Assembly (NCBI GenBank): GCA_035263125.1
Contig: DATFRP010000284.1
Coordinates: forward strand, 967 to 64,966
Direction of reading: 5' to 3'
Origin: Vicinamibacterales bacterium
Lineage (GTDB): Bacteria > Acidobacteriota > Vicinamibacteria > Vicinamibacterales > UBA2999
Length of the DNA: 64,000 nt
A program made the translations under genes and the position numbers. Of the stretch, positions 25,742-35,942 are shown piece by piece. Position 1 is the stretch's first letter. Each line of letters opens with the position of its first letter. The notes under the pieces are model-generated. The model searched no databases, had not been told where the DNA came from, and saw nothing but the letters and a program-made list of their open reading frames with translations.

Positions 25742-26160
25742 GGCTTCACGTCTTTGTCGCCTCGCAGCAGGTCCGAGGCCACCCAGATGGCGTGACGTCC
25801 ATGCTCACGCATGTCGCGCGCCACGGCAAGCAGATCTGACTGCTTCGGCACGTTCACGAGTTTGATCAGCATCGGCAGGTTGACGCCGGTGATCACCTCG
25901 ACGCGTCCCTCCGCCAGAAACGTCATCGCCAGATTCGATGGCGTGCCGCCGAACATGTCCGTCAGGATCAACACGCCCGCGCCTTCGTCGACGCGCTCAA
26001 TCGCCTGCGCGATCTCACCACGCGCGTCCTCGGTATCCTCGTGCCAGCCGATCGAAACGGCGGCAAAGCGCGGGAGATCACCGACGATCGTTTCCGCAGC
26101 ATTCAGCAGCTCGGTCGCGAGCTGGCCGTGCGTGACCACGACGACTCCGATCATACGCAA
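25738..26160 (-). CDS. PTS EIIA component, mannose/fructose family
   Basis: 140 aa. MIGVVVVTHGQLA carries the active-site His, followed by VLILTDMFGGTPSN. No EIIB/C/D genes are nearby. Confidence 0.8.
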   Translation of the reverse strand: MRMIGVVVVTHGQLATELLNAAETIVGDLPRFAAVSIGWHEDTEDARGEIAQAIERVDEGAGVLILTDMFGGTPSNLAMTFLAEGRVEVITGVNLPMLIKLVNVPKQSDLLAVARDMREHGRHAIWVASDLLRGDKDVKP

Positions 26161-26191
26161 CCTTGCCGCTGGGTTCGTCCTGTCAAGCGGC

Positions 26192-27121
26192 TCACGAGTC
26201 CCTGTGCTTCACACGCAGGTGGACACCTTTGACACCCGCGAGCGACTTCTTCAACGCTTCGGCAATCATCACCGATCGATGCTGACCACCGGTACACCCG
26301 ATTGCCACCGTCAGGTAGGTTTTTCCTTCCCGCACGTAGTGCGGCAATGAAAACTTGAGAAACGACGTGAGCCGGTCGATGAATTCTCTCGTTGAGGCGT
26401 GACGGCGCATGTACTTCACGACCGCCGGATCGCGCCCGGTCATGCCACGCAGACTGTCGACGAAATGCGGATTCGGAAGGCACCGCACGTCGAACACCAG
26501 ATCAGCATCGAGCGGCGGCCCATGCTTGAATCCGAAGCTGACCAGATTGACGACCATCTCCGCGCGCGCGTCGTTGTCCTTCGAGACGCGGGCGAAGAGA
26601 TCCCGGAGTTCGTGAACCGTGAGATTCGTCGTGTCGACGATCACATCCGCCAGCGATCGAATCGTCTGAAGCTTCTTGCGCTCTTCGACAATCCCTTCGA
26701 CCACTGACCGGTCAGGTGCCAGTGGATGCGGCCGCCGCGTCTCGCTGAATCTGCGGACCAGTGCCGATCGGCTGGCCTCGAGGAAGATGAGGCGTGCGTC
26801 GATGCCGGGCGTCGCCTTCAGCTTTCGAAAGACGGGCGGAAAGTTCTTGAGGAACCCGCCTTCCCGGACGTCGACTACGATCGCGACGTGATCGAGCCCT
26901 GCGTCATCGCGCGTGGCCAGCTCGGCCAGCGTCGGGATGAGCTGCGTCGGCAGGTTGTCAACGCAGAAGTAGCCGAGATCTTCGAGCGCCCGGATCGCGT
27001 GAGTCTTTCCCGATCCCGACAACCCGGTGACGATGACGAATCGGTGACCGCGACGTCCGCGTCGCGGTCGCGGCCGCGCGACATGTCGCGCCACATGGCG
27101 CGCGAGCTTCGACGCCGTCAT
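26192..27121 (-). CDS. rapZ: RNase adapter protein RapZ (YvcJ/YhbJ P-loop protein)
   Basis: FVIVTGLSGSGKTHAIRALEDLGYFCVDNLP, and a C-terminal LTVAIGCTGGQHRSV motif. The N-terminal basic extension contains ARHVARHVAR. Confidence 0.85.
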   Translation of the reverse strand: MTASKLARHVARHVARPRPRRGRRGHRFVIVTGLSGSGKTHAIRALEDLGYFCVDNLPTQLIPTLAELATRDDAGLDHVAIVVDVREGGFLKNFPPVFRKLKATPGIDARLIFLEASRSALVRRFSETRRPHPLAPDRSVVEGIVEERKKLQTIRSLADVIVDTTNLTVHELRDLFARVSKDNDARAEMVVNLVSFGFKHGPPLDADLVFDVRCLPNPHFVDSLRGMTGRDPAVVKYMRRHASTREFIDRLTSFLKFSLPHYVREGKTYLTVAIGCTGGQHRSVMIAEALKKSLAGVKGVHLRVKHRDS

Positions 27122-28134
27122 TCTTGATCCCCGCCGTCTTCGTCGACATCGTCGCTGACGCGCTCTCGCAGACGTCCTTCGAGGCGCTCGGCAAGATCCC
27201 GGGCCGCGTTGAGTCCTCGCGAGCGCAGGAGCTGATTCCGCGCCGCAACTTCGACCAGGATCGCGAGATTCCGTCCGGGCGCGACCGGCATGCTGATGAG
27301 CGGAACCTTGATGCCGAACAGATCGAAGGTATTCTCGTCGAGACCGAGCCGATCGTATTCACGATCGGTGTCCCAGCGTTCCAGCCGCACCACCAGCTCG
27401 ACGCGTTTGGCCGTCCGGGTCGCCGCCACGCCGAACAGATCGCGGATGTTGATCACGCCGAGGCCGCGCACTTCCATGTGATGACGCGTCAGCTCTGGAC
27501 AGGTCCCGATCAGCATCGTCTCTCCGCGCCGTCGCATCTCGACGGTGTCATCGGCGACGAGCCGATGGCCGCGGACGATCAAATCGAGCGCGCACTCGCT
27601 CTTGCCGATCCCGCTGTCGCCGACGATGAGCACACCCAGGCCGAGGATATCCATCAACACACCGTGCATCACCTCGCGCACGGCGAGCGCGTCATCGAGG
27701 AGTGCAGCGATGCGGCTGATGGCGATTGGTGTGGCGATCGGTGTCCGCAGCACCGGCACCCGGTACGCGTCCGACGCTTCGAGCAGATCCGGCGGAGGGT
27801 CCCATCCGCCGGTGATGAGGACGCAGGGGATGTCATGCCTGAACATCGCGCCCAGCATCGCGACCCGAGCGTCGTGCTCGAGGCTCTCGAGGTATCGCAC
27901 CTCGCTCTCGCCGAAGACGAGGATACGGGCCGGTTGCAGGTATTCGTGGAATCCGACCAGCGCCAGGCCGGTCTTCTGAATGTGCGGGCTGGAGATCGGA
28001 CGATCGACACCACCGCCACCGCTGAGCAGTTCGAGCGGCAGTCCGACCGTCTCCGACCGGCGTCGAAGGAGCGCCTCGACAGTCAGCGACCGCGTCGACA
28101 TCGCAGACGCGCTCAACGCCGGCGGCTCCGACAC
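27118..28134 (-). CDS. hprK: HPr kinase/phosphorylase
   Basis: 338 aa with HGVLMDILGLGVLIVGDSGIGKSECALDLIVRGHRLVADD, the Walker A and signature region. Confidence 0.9.
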   Translation of the reverse strand: MSEPPALSASAMSTRSLTVEALLRRRSETVGLPLELLSGGGGVDRPISSPHIQKTGLALVGFHEYLQPARILVFGESEVRYLESLEHDARVAMLGAMFRHDIPCVLITGGWDPPPDLLEASDAYRVPVLRTPIATPIAISRIAALLDDALAVREVMHGVLMDILGLGVLIVGDSGIGKSECALDLIVRGHRLVADDTVEMRRRGETMLIGTCPELTRHHMEVRGLGVINIRDLFGVAATRTAKRVELVVRLERWDTDREYDRLGLDENTFDLFGIKVPLISMPVAPGRNLAILVEVAARNQLLRSRGLNAARDLAERLEGRLRERVSDDVDEDGGDQE

Positions 28135-28137
28135 AGC

Positions 28138-28698
28138 CTAGGCCTCGGGCTCGATGAGTCCGAGGTGCCCGTCCGCGCGCCGAAACAGCACGGTGACCGC
28201 ATCGGTCGCCGAGTTGCGGAACACGATCACGGCGTCACTGCCATCGCCGATTTCGGCGGCCGCGTCTTCGATCGACATCGGCTTGACCGCATACCGCCTG
28301 GCTCTGATGATCCGGCGCCTGCGGTCGTCGGTCGACCGCGCAACTGCGCCGTCGGCCGCCATGGCAGTGGCCTGGGCGGCGCGTGACGTGCTCTCGCGGC
28401 GCTTTTTCCGACCCGCCCATCGGCCCTTCAGCTTCTCGGCCTGATGCTCGATCTTGTCGGTCGCCGCCGTCAACGCGGCCTGCACATCCGAGCCGGCGCC
28501 TTCGCCATGCAGGATGTGCTCACGGCTGACGTGCACGGTGACCTCCGCGCGCACGCGTCCACGCAGCCTGGCGAGAACGACGTGCGTCGACATGACGCTG
28601 TCGTGCAGCAGCCTGATCGTGTGGGCGATGCGCCGCTCTATGAGCCTGCGCGCGGCCGGAGTAATGGGGATCTGTCGTCCAGTGATTTCGAGACGCAT
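28138..28698 (-). CDS. hpf: Ribosome hibernation promoting factor, long form
   Basis: The N-terminal RaiA/HPF fold begins MRLEITGRQIPITPAARRLIERR. A basic linker leads to the C-terminal dimerisation domain (RYAVKPMSIEDAAAEI...VIVFRN). Confidence 0.85.
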   Translation of the reverse strand: MRLEITGRQIPITPAARRLIERRIAHTIRLLHDSVMSTHVVLARLRGRVRAEVTVHVSREHILHGEGAGSDVQAALTAATDKIEHQAEKLKGRWAGRKKRRESTSRAAQATAMAADGAVARSTDDRRRRIIRARRYAVKPMSIEDAAAEIGDGSDAVIVFRNSATDAVTVLFRRADGHLGLIEPEA

Positions 28699-28743
28699 GA
28701 CAATCCGTGGCGATCCGGTCCCGCCACCTGCGGCCGATGGCCG

Positions 28744-30168
28744 CTAGTACAGAACCTTACGCTGGTTGGACGTCGGAATCTTGAGCTCTTCTCTGTACTT
28801 GGCGATCGTCCGCCGGGCCAGCTCGAGGCCCTCGCGATGCAGCATGCTGACGATCTTGGAATCGCTCAATGGCTTCTTCGGGTCCTCTTGCTCGATGATC
28901 TTGCGAATCCGCTGCTTGATCGTGACCGACGACACCGCGTCCCCGTACTGGCTGTTGATGCCGCTGTGGAAGAAGTACTTCATCTCGAACACGCCCTGCG
29001 GCGTGTGCATGTACTTGTTCGTGACGACGCGGCTCACCGTCGATTCGTGCATGCCGATGTCGTTGGCCACGTCGCGCAGCACCAGCGGCCGGAGATATTC
29101 GATGCCGTGGTCGAGAAAGTCACGCTGGAAATTGATGATGCTCGTCGCCACCTTGTGAATCGTCTTCTGCCGCTGCTCGACCGACTTGATCAGCCAGAGC
29201 GCGGATCGGAACTTGTCCTTCACATACGCGCGGGTTTCGTCGGTGTTCTCGGCGGCGTTCTTGTCGAGCAGCCGGCGGTACACCGGACTGATTCGAAGCT
29301 GCGGCAGCCCTTCTTCGTTCAGCACCGCAACGTACTGATCCTCGATCTTGACGATGTAGACGTCGGGGATCACGTACTGGGACTGCGACGGATTGTGACG
29401 ACTGCCCGGTTTCGGATCGAGGTGGCGTATCAGCTCGATGTGCTGCTTCAGATCGTCGATCGAGAGACCGAGCTTTCGCGCCAGCTCGGGCACCTGATGG
29501 TTCTGGAGCAGGCGCATGTGCTCGGTGACAATCCGCTCAGCGGGGGTGCCACCCATCCCGAGGTGTCGAAGCTGCAACAGGAGGCACTCCTGCAGATCGC
29601 GAGCGGCGACGCCGATCGGATCGAACGACTGGACCAGTGAGAGTGCCCGCTCGACATCGTTCGTGGACCAGGGGCCCATGCCGGCAATATCCTCGACCGT
29701 CGCCACGAGATAGCCGTCATCATCGAGATTGCCGATGATCGCTTCGCCGATCTCGCGCAGCACCGGTTCGTCGGTCTGCATCGAGAGCTGCCAGAGCAGG
29801 TGGCTCGACAGCGACTGCCCGGTCGACAACGTGTTCTCGATCGGCGGCAGTTCTTTGACTTCCGTCGGCGTGCGCGGCCGATAGCCGTCATCGAGGTAGT
29901 CACCGAAGAAGTACTCGTAGTCCTGATCGTCCCAGGTGTCGCCCTTCTCCTTCTCGGTCTTGTCTTCCTGCTTCTCCTGAGCCGCCTCAACCGGCTGCAA
30001 CTCCTCCGTCGGGACCTCTTCGAGCATCGGGTTCTCGACCATCTCCTGGTTCAAGAGCTCCGACAACTCGAGCGTCGACATCGGCAGCAGCTTGATCGCC
30101 TGCTGCAGCGACGGCGTCAGAATCAGCTTCTGAACGAGTTTGGTGTGAAGTTTCTGCGAAATCGCCAT
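28744..30168 (-). CDS. rpoN: RNA polymerase sigma-54 factor
   Basis: The N-terminus is MAISQKLHTKLVQKLILTPSLQQAIKLL. The C-terminus has the HTH and an RpoN box-like ARRTIAKYRE. Confidence 0.95.
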   Translation of the reverse strand: MAISQKLHTKLVQKLILTPSLQQAIKLLPMSTLELSELLNQEMVENPMLEEVPTEELQPVEAAQEKQEDKTEKEKGDTWDDQDYEYFFGDYLDDGYRPRTPTEVKELPPIENTLSTGQSLSSHLLWQLSMQTDEPVLREIGEAIIGNLDDDGYLVATVEDIAGMGPWSTNDVERALSLVQSFDPIGVAARDLQECLLLQLRHLGMGGTPAERIVTEHMRLLQNHQVPELARKLGLSIDDLKQHIELIRHLDPKPGSRHNPSQSQYVIPDVYIVKIEDQYVAVLNEEGLPQLRISPVYRRLLDKNAAENTDETRAYVKDKFRSALWLIKSVEQRQKTIHKVATSIINFQRDFLDHGIEYLRPLVLRDVANDIGMHESTVSRVVTNKYMHTPQGVFEMKYFFHSGINSQYGDAVSSVTIKQRIRKIIEQEDPKKPLSDSKIVSMLHREGLELARRTIAKYREELKIPTSNQRKVLY

Positions 30169-30198
30169 GTCTTACGGTTCGTTCAACCCTGGACCATC

Positions 30199-30924
30199 TT
30201 AGTCCAATCGAAAGTCCGTCCCCAGATAAATCCGGCGCACATCCTCATCCGCCGCCAGAGAATCCGGGGTGCCGCTCCGGAAAATCACACCGTCGTGAAC
30301 GATGTACGCCCGGTCGGTAATTCTGAGCGTCTCACGCACGTTGTGATCCGTGATCAGCACGCCGATGCCGCGCTCCTTCAGGTGGAACACGATCTTCTGA
30401 ATCTCCGTCACCGCGATCGGATCGATGCCCGCAAACGGCTCGTCGAGCAGCATGAAGCGCGGCGACATCACCAGCGCGCGCGTGATCTCGGCTCGCCTGC
30501 GCTCACCGCCCGAGAGCGTGTACGCCGGCGCAGACGCGAGCGGCGTCAGATGCAACTCGGCCAGAAGATCCGCCAGTCGCGCCTTACGGGTGGCCGCGTC
30601 GAGATCCAGCGTTTCCAGGATGCCGAGGATGTTTTGCTCGACCGTAAGGCCGCGAAAGATCGACGGCTCCTGCGGCAGATACCCGATGCCCTTGCGCGCC
30701 CGCAGATACATCGGCGCCTCGGTCACATCCTCGTCGTCGAGCACGACACGCCCCGAATCCGGGCCGGTCAGACCGACGGTCATGTAGAACGTCGTCGTCT
30801 TGCCGGCGCCGTTGGGGCCCAGCAGCCCGACGATTTCTCCCGAGCCCACTTCGATGCTGACACCCCGCACCACCGTGCGCCCGCCGTACGACTTCGTGAG
30901 TTCCTGAGTTCGCAGCGTAGACAC
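30199..30924 (-). CDS. lptB: LPS export ABC transporter ATP-binding protein LptB
   Basis: [41 protein letters not shown] aligns with E. coli LptB. Other motifs are [15 protein letters not shown] and [11 protein letters not shown]. The GTG at 30924 gives a canonical length. The track start 30978 overlaps the upstream gene. Confidence 0.9.
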   Translation of the reverse strand: MSTLRTQELTKSYGGRTVVRGVSIEVGSGEIVGLLGPNGAGKTTTFYMTVGLTGPDSGRVVLDDEDVTEAPMYLRARKGIGYLPQEPSIFRGLTVEQNILGILETLDLDAATRKARLADLLAELHLTPLASAPAYTLSGGERRRAEITRALVMSPRFMLLDEPFAGIDPIAVTEIQKIVFHLKERGIGVLITDHNVRETLRITDRAYIVHDGVIFRSGTPDSLAADEDVRRIYLGTDFRLD

Positions 30925-30953
30925 GAGCGTGGCTGACGGGAGGCCGTCGCGCT

Positions 30954-33146
30954 TCAACGCGACGCTGAGGGCGGACACGATATGTTCCGCATCTGAGTGC
31001 GGGTCTCGTCGTTGCCGTCGACCTCGATACTATCGTTCGCTTTGGAGAAGGTCAACGTGCGACCTTTCATCTCGCGGCAGGATTGCGGTGTGGTCGCAGT
31101 TGCGGCCGTCATCGATTGTACGGTCGCGAGCACCGCGCCGGCACCGGAGATCGCGTAGCGCTCACTCTCCGCGTGATACGTCAGGCGCGACCCGAAAGCG
31201 GATTTGGTCTCCATGGTCAGTGTCACGCCTGTGACGGCTTCCAGACGTTCCATCCGATTCTCCGACGATGCCAGCACGACGTCGATTCGCTCCGCGTGGA
31301 GGTCGCCTTGTGGGCCTTTGACCTGAGCGACGTGAACCGGTTCGGCGCTCCCGCGCCGCCCTCCGGGAGGGGCGGCTGGAGAGCCTGCTCCCCTGCCCCT
31401 TGTCGGTCCTGCGAGCCCGACACTGTAGGTCACAGTGCGGGCGGCGTCGACATAACGGATCTCATCGCCGCTTCCGCTGACGCGGCCGGTCTCCAGATCG
31501 AGCGTGGATCGCACGTTTCCGTTTGCGGTCAGGTCCCCGTGCTCTCGATCGACCGTGACGGTATCACCGCTGATCGACGTCGAACCCTGGAACAGGCGTG
31601 CGTTCCCTTTGTAGACGGCTCTTCCTGTGGCAGACGTGTATTCGACTGCGTCGGCGTTGACGTTGGCGGCATTGTCCTGTTTCAGCAACCCCGGCATGTT
31701 GTTCGCCGACGAGGCGCGGCCGTCCGAGCCGCGTGAGGTTGCCGGCTTCGGGCGCAGCGTAGTCTTGACCTGAGTCCCCGAAATCTGCCTCGAATCGAGC
31801 GCGACATTGATGCGCTTGGCGTCGATCTCGATCTGGTCGATGGTCACGTGGGACACGCCGCCACCATCAGGAGCCGCGAGCGCGATCGCGTTCATCGCCG
31901 GCTGGTAGCGCGCTTCGGGAGCGCTCGCCTTCAAGTCGTCCTCTTCGAAGATCACGTTGCCGGTGAAGACCGCTTCCTTGACGGCATCCCCGTCCAGCGA
32001 CGCTGCCAACATACGCGCACGAACAACTCGCGGCGACGCGCCCTTCCGCGCCGGCTCGCGGTATTCAACGGCATCAGTGAAACGTGCGTCTGTCAGGCCG
32101 CGACCTTCCTGGCCAGACGCATCCATCGTACGCGCCGTGATACGACCCCCCGGCGACTCGCCCGACGGGGGCAGGTCCAGACGCACGTTTTCACGTCCGG
32201 TTGCGTTGACGATCGAACCATCGGTCGCAAGAAGCACGTCCAGCGACTCTGCCGCCATCGATCGCGTGGACTCGCCGTTTGAGGTCGGCGTGACCTCCGC
32301 GTGTCCGTTGAGCACCACGCGCTCGAGAGTGCGGCCGTCTTCGCTGTAGTCCATGTCGATGTCGCGCGCGCTCATGCTGCGAATGGCGGAGCCTCCGCTT
32401 ACGCGCGACTGTCCTCGCAACTCGAGATACGTGACGACGTCATTGTTCGCGTTGAGCCGCGCCGACGAATGGTCGGTGTCGATGATCTGCATGCCTCGAA
32501 CGACGTGGACGTGCATGTCGAGGGTCAACGCATGCTGCGTGCGATCGAGCACGGCGCTGCCCGACGCGAACTCTGTCGTCGGATGACCCGCATCGTCAAC
32601 GACGGTGACAGCGGCGTGCTCGGCGATCGTCAGAATGTCGTCGTTCTGATCGAACGTACCGTTCGTGCCGGATCCGCTCATGTGACCTTTCTTGAACAGC
32701 ACCGCACCGGGCACGCGAACGATCGCGTCGTCTTCACTGTGTGTCGCCTGATCGGCAGTCATCTCGAATCCGTCGCTTGCGACCAGCTTCACGTGCCCTG
32801 TCAGCTCCTTCTGTTTCTGCTTCGGTCCGGACCGCGCGTCATCTGCCGTGACGACGAACGTGCGCCCATCCGACTTCTGCACGGTGATTCGTGGCTTCGT
32901 CCACGTCGACGACCCGTCCTCGTTGAACTGCACCTTTTCGAACGACATCTGAAAGTCACGGGCGGTCAGACGATTCTGCTGCACTTTACCGCCGACCGCC
33001 TCGGCGGTTACCTTCTCATCGAGACGCTTCACCGGCGCAGGTCGGGGCGGCGTGCGGCGTGTCCCGATCGACAGATACACGACGACCGCCACGGCGATCC
33101 CGAAGATCGCCACCATCGCGCGCAAGCGTCTCTGCCAGGCGGTCAT
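30954..33146 (-). CDS. Giant LptC/LptA (OstA-like) periplasmic LPS-bridge protein: N-terminal anchor + several OstA-type beta-jellyroll repeats
   Basis: 730 aa with a single N-terminal TM ([21 protein letters not shown]). It then has repeated segments of the LptC/LptA type, for example [48 protein letters not shown] and [22 protein letters not shown]. It occupies the lptC-lptA position directly upstream of lptB-rpoN. Confidence 0.65.
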   Translation of the reverse strand: MTAWQRRLRAMVAIFGIAVAVVVYLSIGTRRTPPRPAPVKRLDEKVTAEAVGGKVQQNRLTARDFQMSFEKVQFNEDGSSTWTKPRITVQKSDGRTFVVTADDARSGPKQKQKELTGHVKLVASDGFEMTADQATHSEDDAIVRVPGAVLFKKGHMSGSGTNGTFDQNDDILTIAEHAAVTVVDDAGHPTTEFASGSAVLDRTQHALTLDMHVHVVRGMQIIDTDHSSARLNANNDVVTYLELRGQSRVSGGSAIRSMSARDIDMDYSEDGRTLERVVLNGHAEVTPTSNGESTRSMAAESLDVLLATDGSIVNATGRENVRLDLPPSGESPGGRITARTMDASGQEGRGLTDARFTDAVEYREPARKGASPRVVRARMLAASLDGDAVKEAVFTGNVIFEEDDLKASAPEARYQPAMNAIALAAPDGGGVSHVTIDQIEIDAKRINVALDSRQISGTQVKTTLRPKPATSRGSDGRASSANNMPGLLKQDNAANVNADAVEYTSATGRAVYKGNARLFQGSTSISGDTVTVDREHGDLTANGNVRSTLDLETGRVSGSGDEIRYVDAARTVTYSVGLAGPTRGRGAGSPAAPPGGRRGSAEPVHVAQVKGPQGDLHAERIDVVLASSENRMERLEAVTGVTLTMETKSAFGSRLTYHAESERYAISGAGAVLATVQSMTAATATTPQSCREMKGRTLTFSKANDSIEVDGNDETRTQMRNISCPPSASR

Positions 33147-33159
33147 TGCGGTGTGTCGT

Positions 33160-33209
33160 GTCCGGCTTCAGCCGGACCTACTGACGTCTGGTCCGCCTTC
33201 AGGCGGACC
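33160..33209. repeat. Two adjacent REP-like GC hairpins (GTCCGSC-TTCA-GSCGGAC)
   Basis: The two hairpins are GTCCGGCTTCAGCCGGAC (33160-33177) and GGTCCGCCTTCAGGCGGACC (33190-33209), in the gap between recJ and the Lpt gene. A third copy in inverse orientation is TCCGGCTGAAGCCGGA at 61942-61957. Confidence 0.6.
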
Positions 33210-33256
33210 AAGGTCAGCCTAACCTAAGGTCAGGATAGCACCCGCTCGGTGATCAG

Positions 33257-34990
33257 TCAGTTCTGCGGCGCCTTGAAATCAGCGATCGACAACTGCAGAT
33301 ACCGCTCGCCGTTCCAGATGTCCTGCTCGAGGGAGAACGCGAGATCGATCGCGGTGCGGTGCTCAGTCACGAACCCTTCGCGTTCGGAGGCACGCCATGC
33401 GATGCCACGCATCACGCGGCCATCCTGGCGGAATGCCATTTTCAGATGACGCTCTTTGACCCTTCTCGGACCGTCGATGATCTCGACCGCCCCGGTCTGG
33501 AAGATCGGACGTGGATTGCCTGCGCCGAACGGTGCCAGCGTCGTGAGCTCTGAGGCGACGCGCTCGTCGATGCCGCGAAACGCAAGCGCGCCGTCGATCC
33601 ACAAACGAGGTCGTAGATCGTCAGGCTGCAATCGCGCATCGGCGAAGTCGTTGACCCGCGCACGAAGCTCACGGATGCGCGCGGACTCCATCGTCAGTCC
33701 CGCTGCCTGTTTGTGACCGCCGAATCGTGTCATCACCTCACCGCACGACTCGAGCGCTGCCAGCATGTTGAACGACGGGATGCTCCGGCAGGAACCATGC
33801 GCAACGTCTCCGTCGGTGGACATGACGATGGCCGGTCGGTGGAACGCATCCACCAGTTTCGAGGCCACGATGCCGATGACGCCCCGGTGCCAGCCTTCAC
33901 CAGCCACGACGATGACGGTACGCGACCCGACCTCGAGGTCGGTCTCGACCGCCTTTCGCGCCTCCGCCACGATGTCCGCCTCCTCCTGTTGCCGCCGGAG
34001 GTTTTCGGCATCGAGCTGTTCGGCCAGCTGACGCGCTTCGGCTGCCATGCCTTCGTCGGCCGCGAGCAGCAGACGCGCGGCGATGTCGGGCGTGCTCATC
34101 CGGCCTGCCGCGTTGACGCGAGGCGCCAGCACGAAGCCGATGTGGTAGCTGTCGATCTCCTTGCCCGTCAGCCCGCACACGTCGAGCAACGAGCGGAGTC
34201 CGACCCGGTGCGGGCCTTTCGACAACATGCCCAGACCGAGCTTCGCGATGACGCGGTTCTCGCCGGTGAGTGGAACGACGTCCGCCAGTGTGCCGATCGC
34301 CGCAACTTTGACGAACGCCGGAAGCCAGCTCACGTGTCCCGTTCGCGCGCACAAGGCGTGCACCAGTTTCAGCGCGACGCCGACGCCTGCGAGGTTCTTG
34401 TCGCCGTACTGGCAATCGTGCCGTTTCGGGTTGATGACGGCCAGCGCGCTCGGGAGCTCGATGTCCGGCTCATGGTGATCGGTGATGATCAGATCCAGCC
34501 CGAGCATGCGCGCATGTTGCGCTGCTTCCACGGCCCTGATACCGCAGTCGACCGAAATCACGACTCGCACGCCCTCCGCGTGCAATCGATCGAGCGACGC
34601 CGGCTGAAGACCGTAGCCATCCCGCAGACGTTCAGGGATGAAGTGCGTCACGTCGGCCCCGAGCATCTCGAGCGCACGCCTGAGGATGACCGTCGACGTG
34701 ATCCCGTCGACGTCGTAGTCGCCGTGAATGGCGATGCGCTCACGCTGCGCGATGGCGCGCAGGATGCGGTCGACCGCAGCCCCCATATCGGCGAGCGTGA
34801 ACGGATCGAGCAGATCGTCCAAGGTCGGTGACAGAAAACGCCTGGCGCGATCGGCGTCCGTCATGCCGCGAATGCAGAGCAGGCGGGCAGCGATCGGAGA
34901 GATCTGCAGCGCATGCGACAGATCCGTCACCGCGACGTCGTCACACGGGAATGTCTCCCAGATCAGATCAGCCTTCGGCAATGCCGACAT
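33257..34990 (-). CDS. recJ: Single-stranded-DNA-specific exonuclease RecJ
   Basis: 577 aa with DHH motifs IAIHGDYDVDGITS, VISVDCG and LIITDHHEP, plus a DHHA1 region containing GGHKQAAG. Confidence 0.9.
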   Translation of the reverse strand: MSALPKADLIWETFPCDDVAVTDLSHALQISPIAARLLCIRGMTDADRARRFLSPTLDDLLDPFTLADMGAAVDRILRAIAQRERIAIHGDYDVDGITSTVILRRALEMLGADVTHFIPERLRDGYGLQPASLDRLHAEGVRVVISVDCGIRAVEAAQHARMLGLDLIITDHHEPDIELPSALAVINPKRHDCQYGDKNLAGVGVALKLVHALCARTGHVSWLPAFVKVAAIGTLADVVPLTGENRVIAKLGLGMLSKGPHRVGLRSLLDVCGLTGKEIDSYHIGFVLAPRVNAAGRMSTPDIAARLLLAADEGMAAEARQLAEQLDAENLRRQQEEADIVAEARKAVETDLEVGSRTVIVVAGEGWHRGVIGIVASKLVDAFHRPAIVMSTDGDVAHGSCRSIPSFNMLAALESCGEVMTRFGGHKQAAGLTMESARIRELRARVNDFADARLQPDDLRPRLWIDGALAFRGIDERVASELTTLAPFGAGNPRPIFQTGAVEIIDGPRRVKERHLKMAFRQDGRVMRGIAWRASEREGFVTEHRTAIDLAFSLEQDIWNGERYLQLSIADFKAPQN

Positions 34991-35930
34991 TCCCCATGGC
35001 GCGCCACTTCTCGTAGCGCGCTCGCGATCGTGCGTCCGCGTTCATCGAGGCGACGTCGTTCAGCGTGCGATCGAGCACCGTGTCGAGGAGCGTGGCTGCC
35101 ACATCAACGTTGGTATGAGCACCGCCCCGCGGTTCGGGCACGATCTCATCGATCAATCCCAGGCGAAGCAGGTCCGGTGCCGTGAGCTTCAGCGCTTCGG
35201 CAGCCTCGACCTTCTTACCGCTGTCGCGCCACAGAATCGCCGCGCAGCCCTCGGGCGGGATGACGCTGTAAATCGCGAACTCGTGCATCAGAATCCGATC
35301 GCCGACCGCCAGACCGAGCGCGCCGCCGCTGCCGCCTTCGCCGTGGACGATCACCACGATCGGCACCTCGAGCGCCGCCATCTCACGCAGATTCAGGGCA
35401 ATGGCCTCTGAGATTCCCCGTTCCTCCGACTCGATGCCGGGATACGCGGCGGGCGTGTCGATGAACGCGATGACCGAGCGCCGGTACTTCTCCGCGAGCT
35501 TCATGGCCCGGAGCGCCTTGCGATAGCCTTCTGGCTTCGCGTAACCGAAGTTCCGGTAAATCTTCTGCTTCGTGTCGCCACCGCCCTTGTGATGCCCGAC
35601 GATGAGCACCGGCTCGTCCTTGTAGCGCGCAAACCCTGCCACCACGGCATGATCGTCGGCGAAGCGGCGATCTCCGCTGATCTCAGTGAACTCGGTGAAG
35701 AGACGGTTCACATAATCGAGCACGGTCGGCCGATTCGGATGCCTCGCCACGAGCACGCGCTGCCAGGGCGTCAGGTTCTTGTAGATCTCGCCGCGAATCG
35801 CATCGATGCGGTGGTTCAGACTGTCGATGGATCGCTGGCGTTCGGGCGTCATCGGCAGCATCGCCATCGCTTCCAGCTCTTTGAGCAACAGTGCGATCGG
35901 TTCCTCGAAGTCGAGTGTGTCAGGAGGCAT
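34968..35930 (-). CDS. accA: Acetyl-CoA carboxylase carboxyltransferase subunit alpha
   Basis: 320 aa with LDFEEPI, ARHPNRPTVLDY, NFGYAKPEGYRKALR and FIDTPAAYPGIESEERG. Confidence 0.9.
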   Translation of the reverse strand: MPPDTLDFEEPIALLLKELEAMAMLPMTPERQRSIDSLNHRIDAIRGEIYKNLTPWQRVLVARHPNRPTVLDYVNRLFTEFTEISGDRRFADDHAVVAGFARYKDEPVLIVGHHKGGGDTKQKIYRNFGYAKPEGYRKALRAMKLAEKYRRSVIAFIDTPAAYPGIESEERGISEAIALNLREMAALEVPIVVIVHGEGGSGGALGLAVGDRILMHEFAIYSVIPPEGCAAILWRDSGKKVEAAEALKLTAPDLLRLGLIDEIVPEPRGGAHTNVDVAATLLDTVLDRTLNDVASMNADARSRARYEKWRAMGNVGIAEG

Positions 35931-35942
35931 GGACAGACCAGG

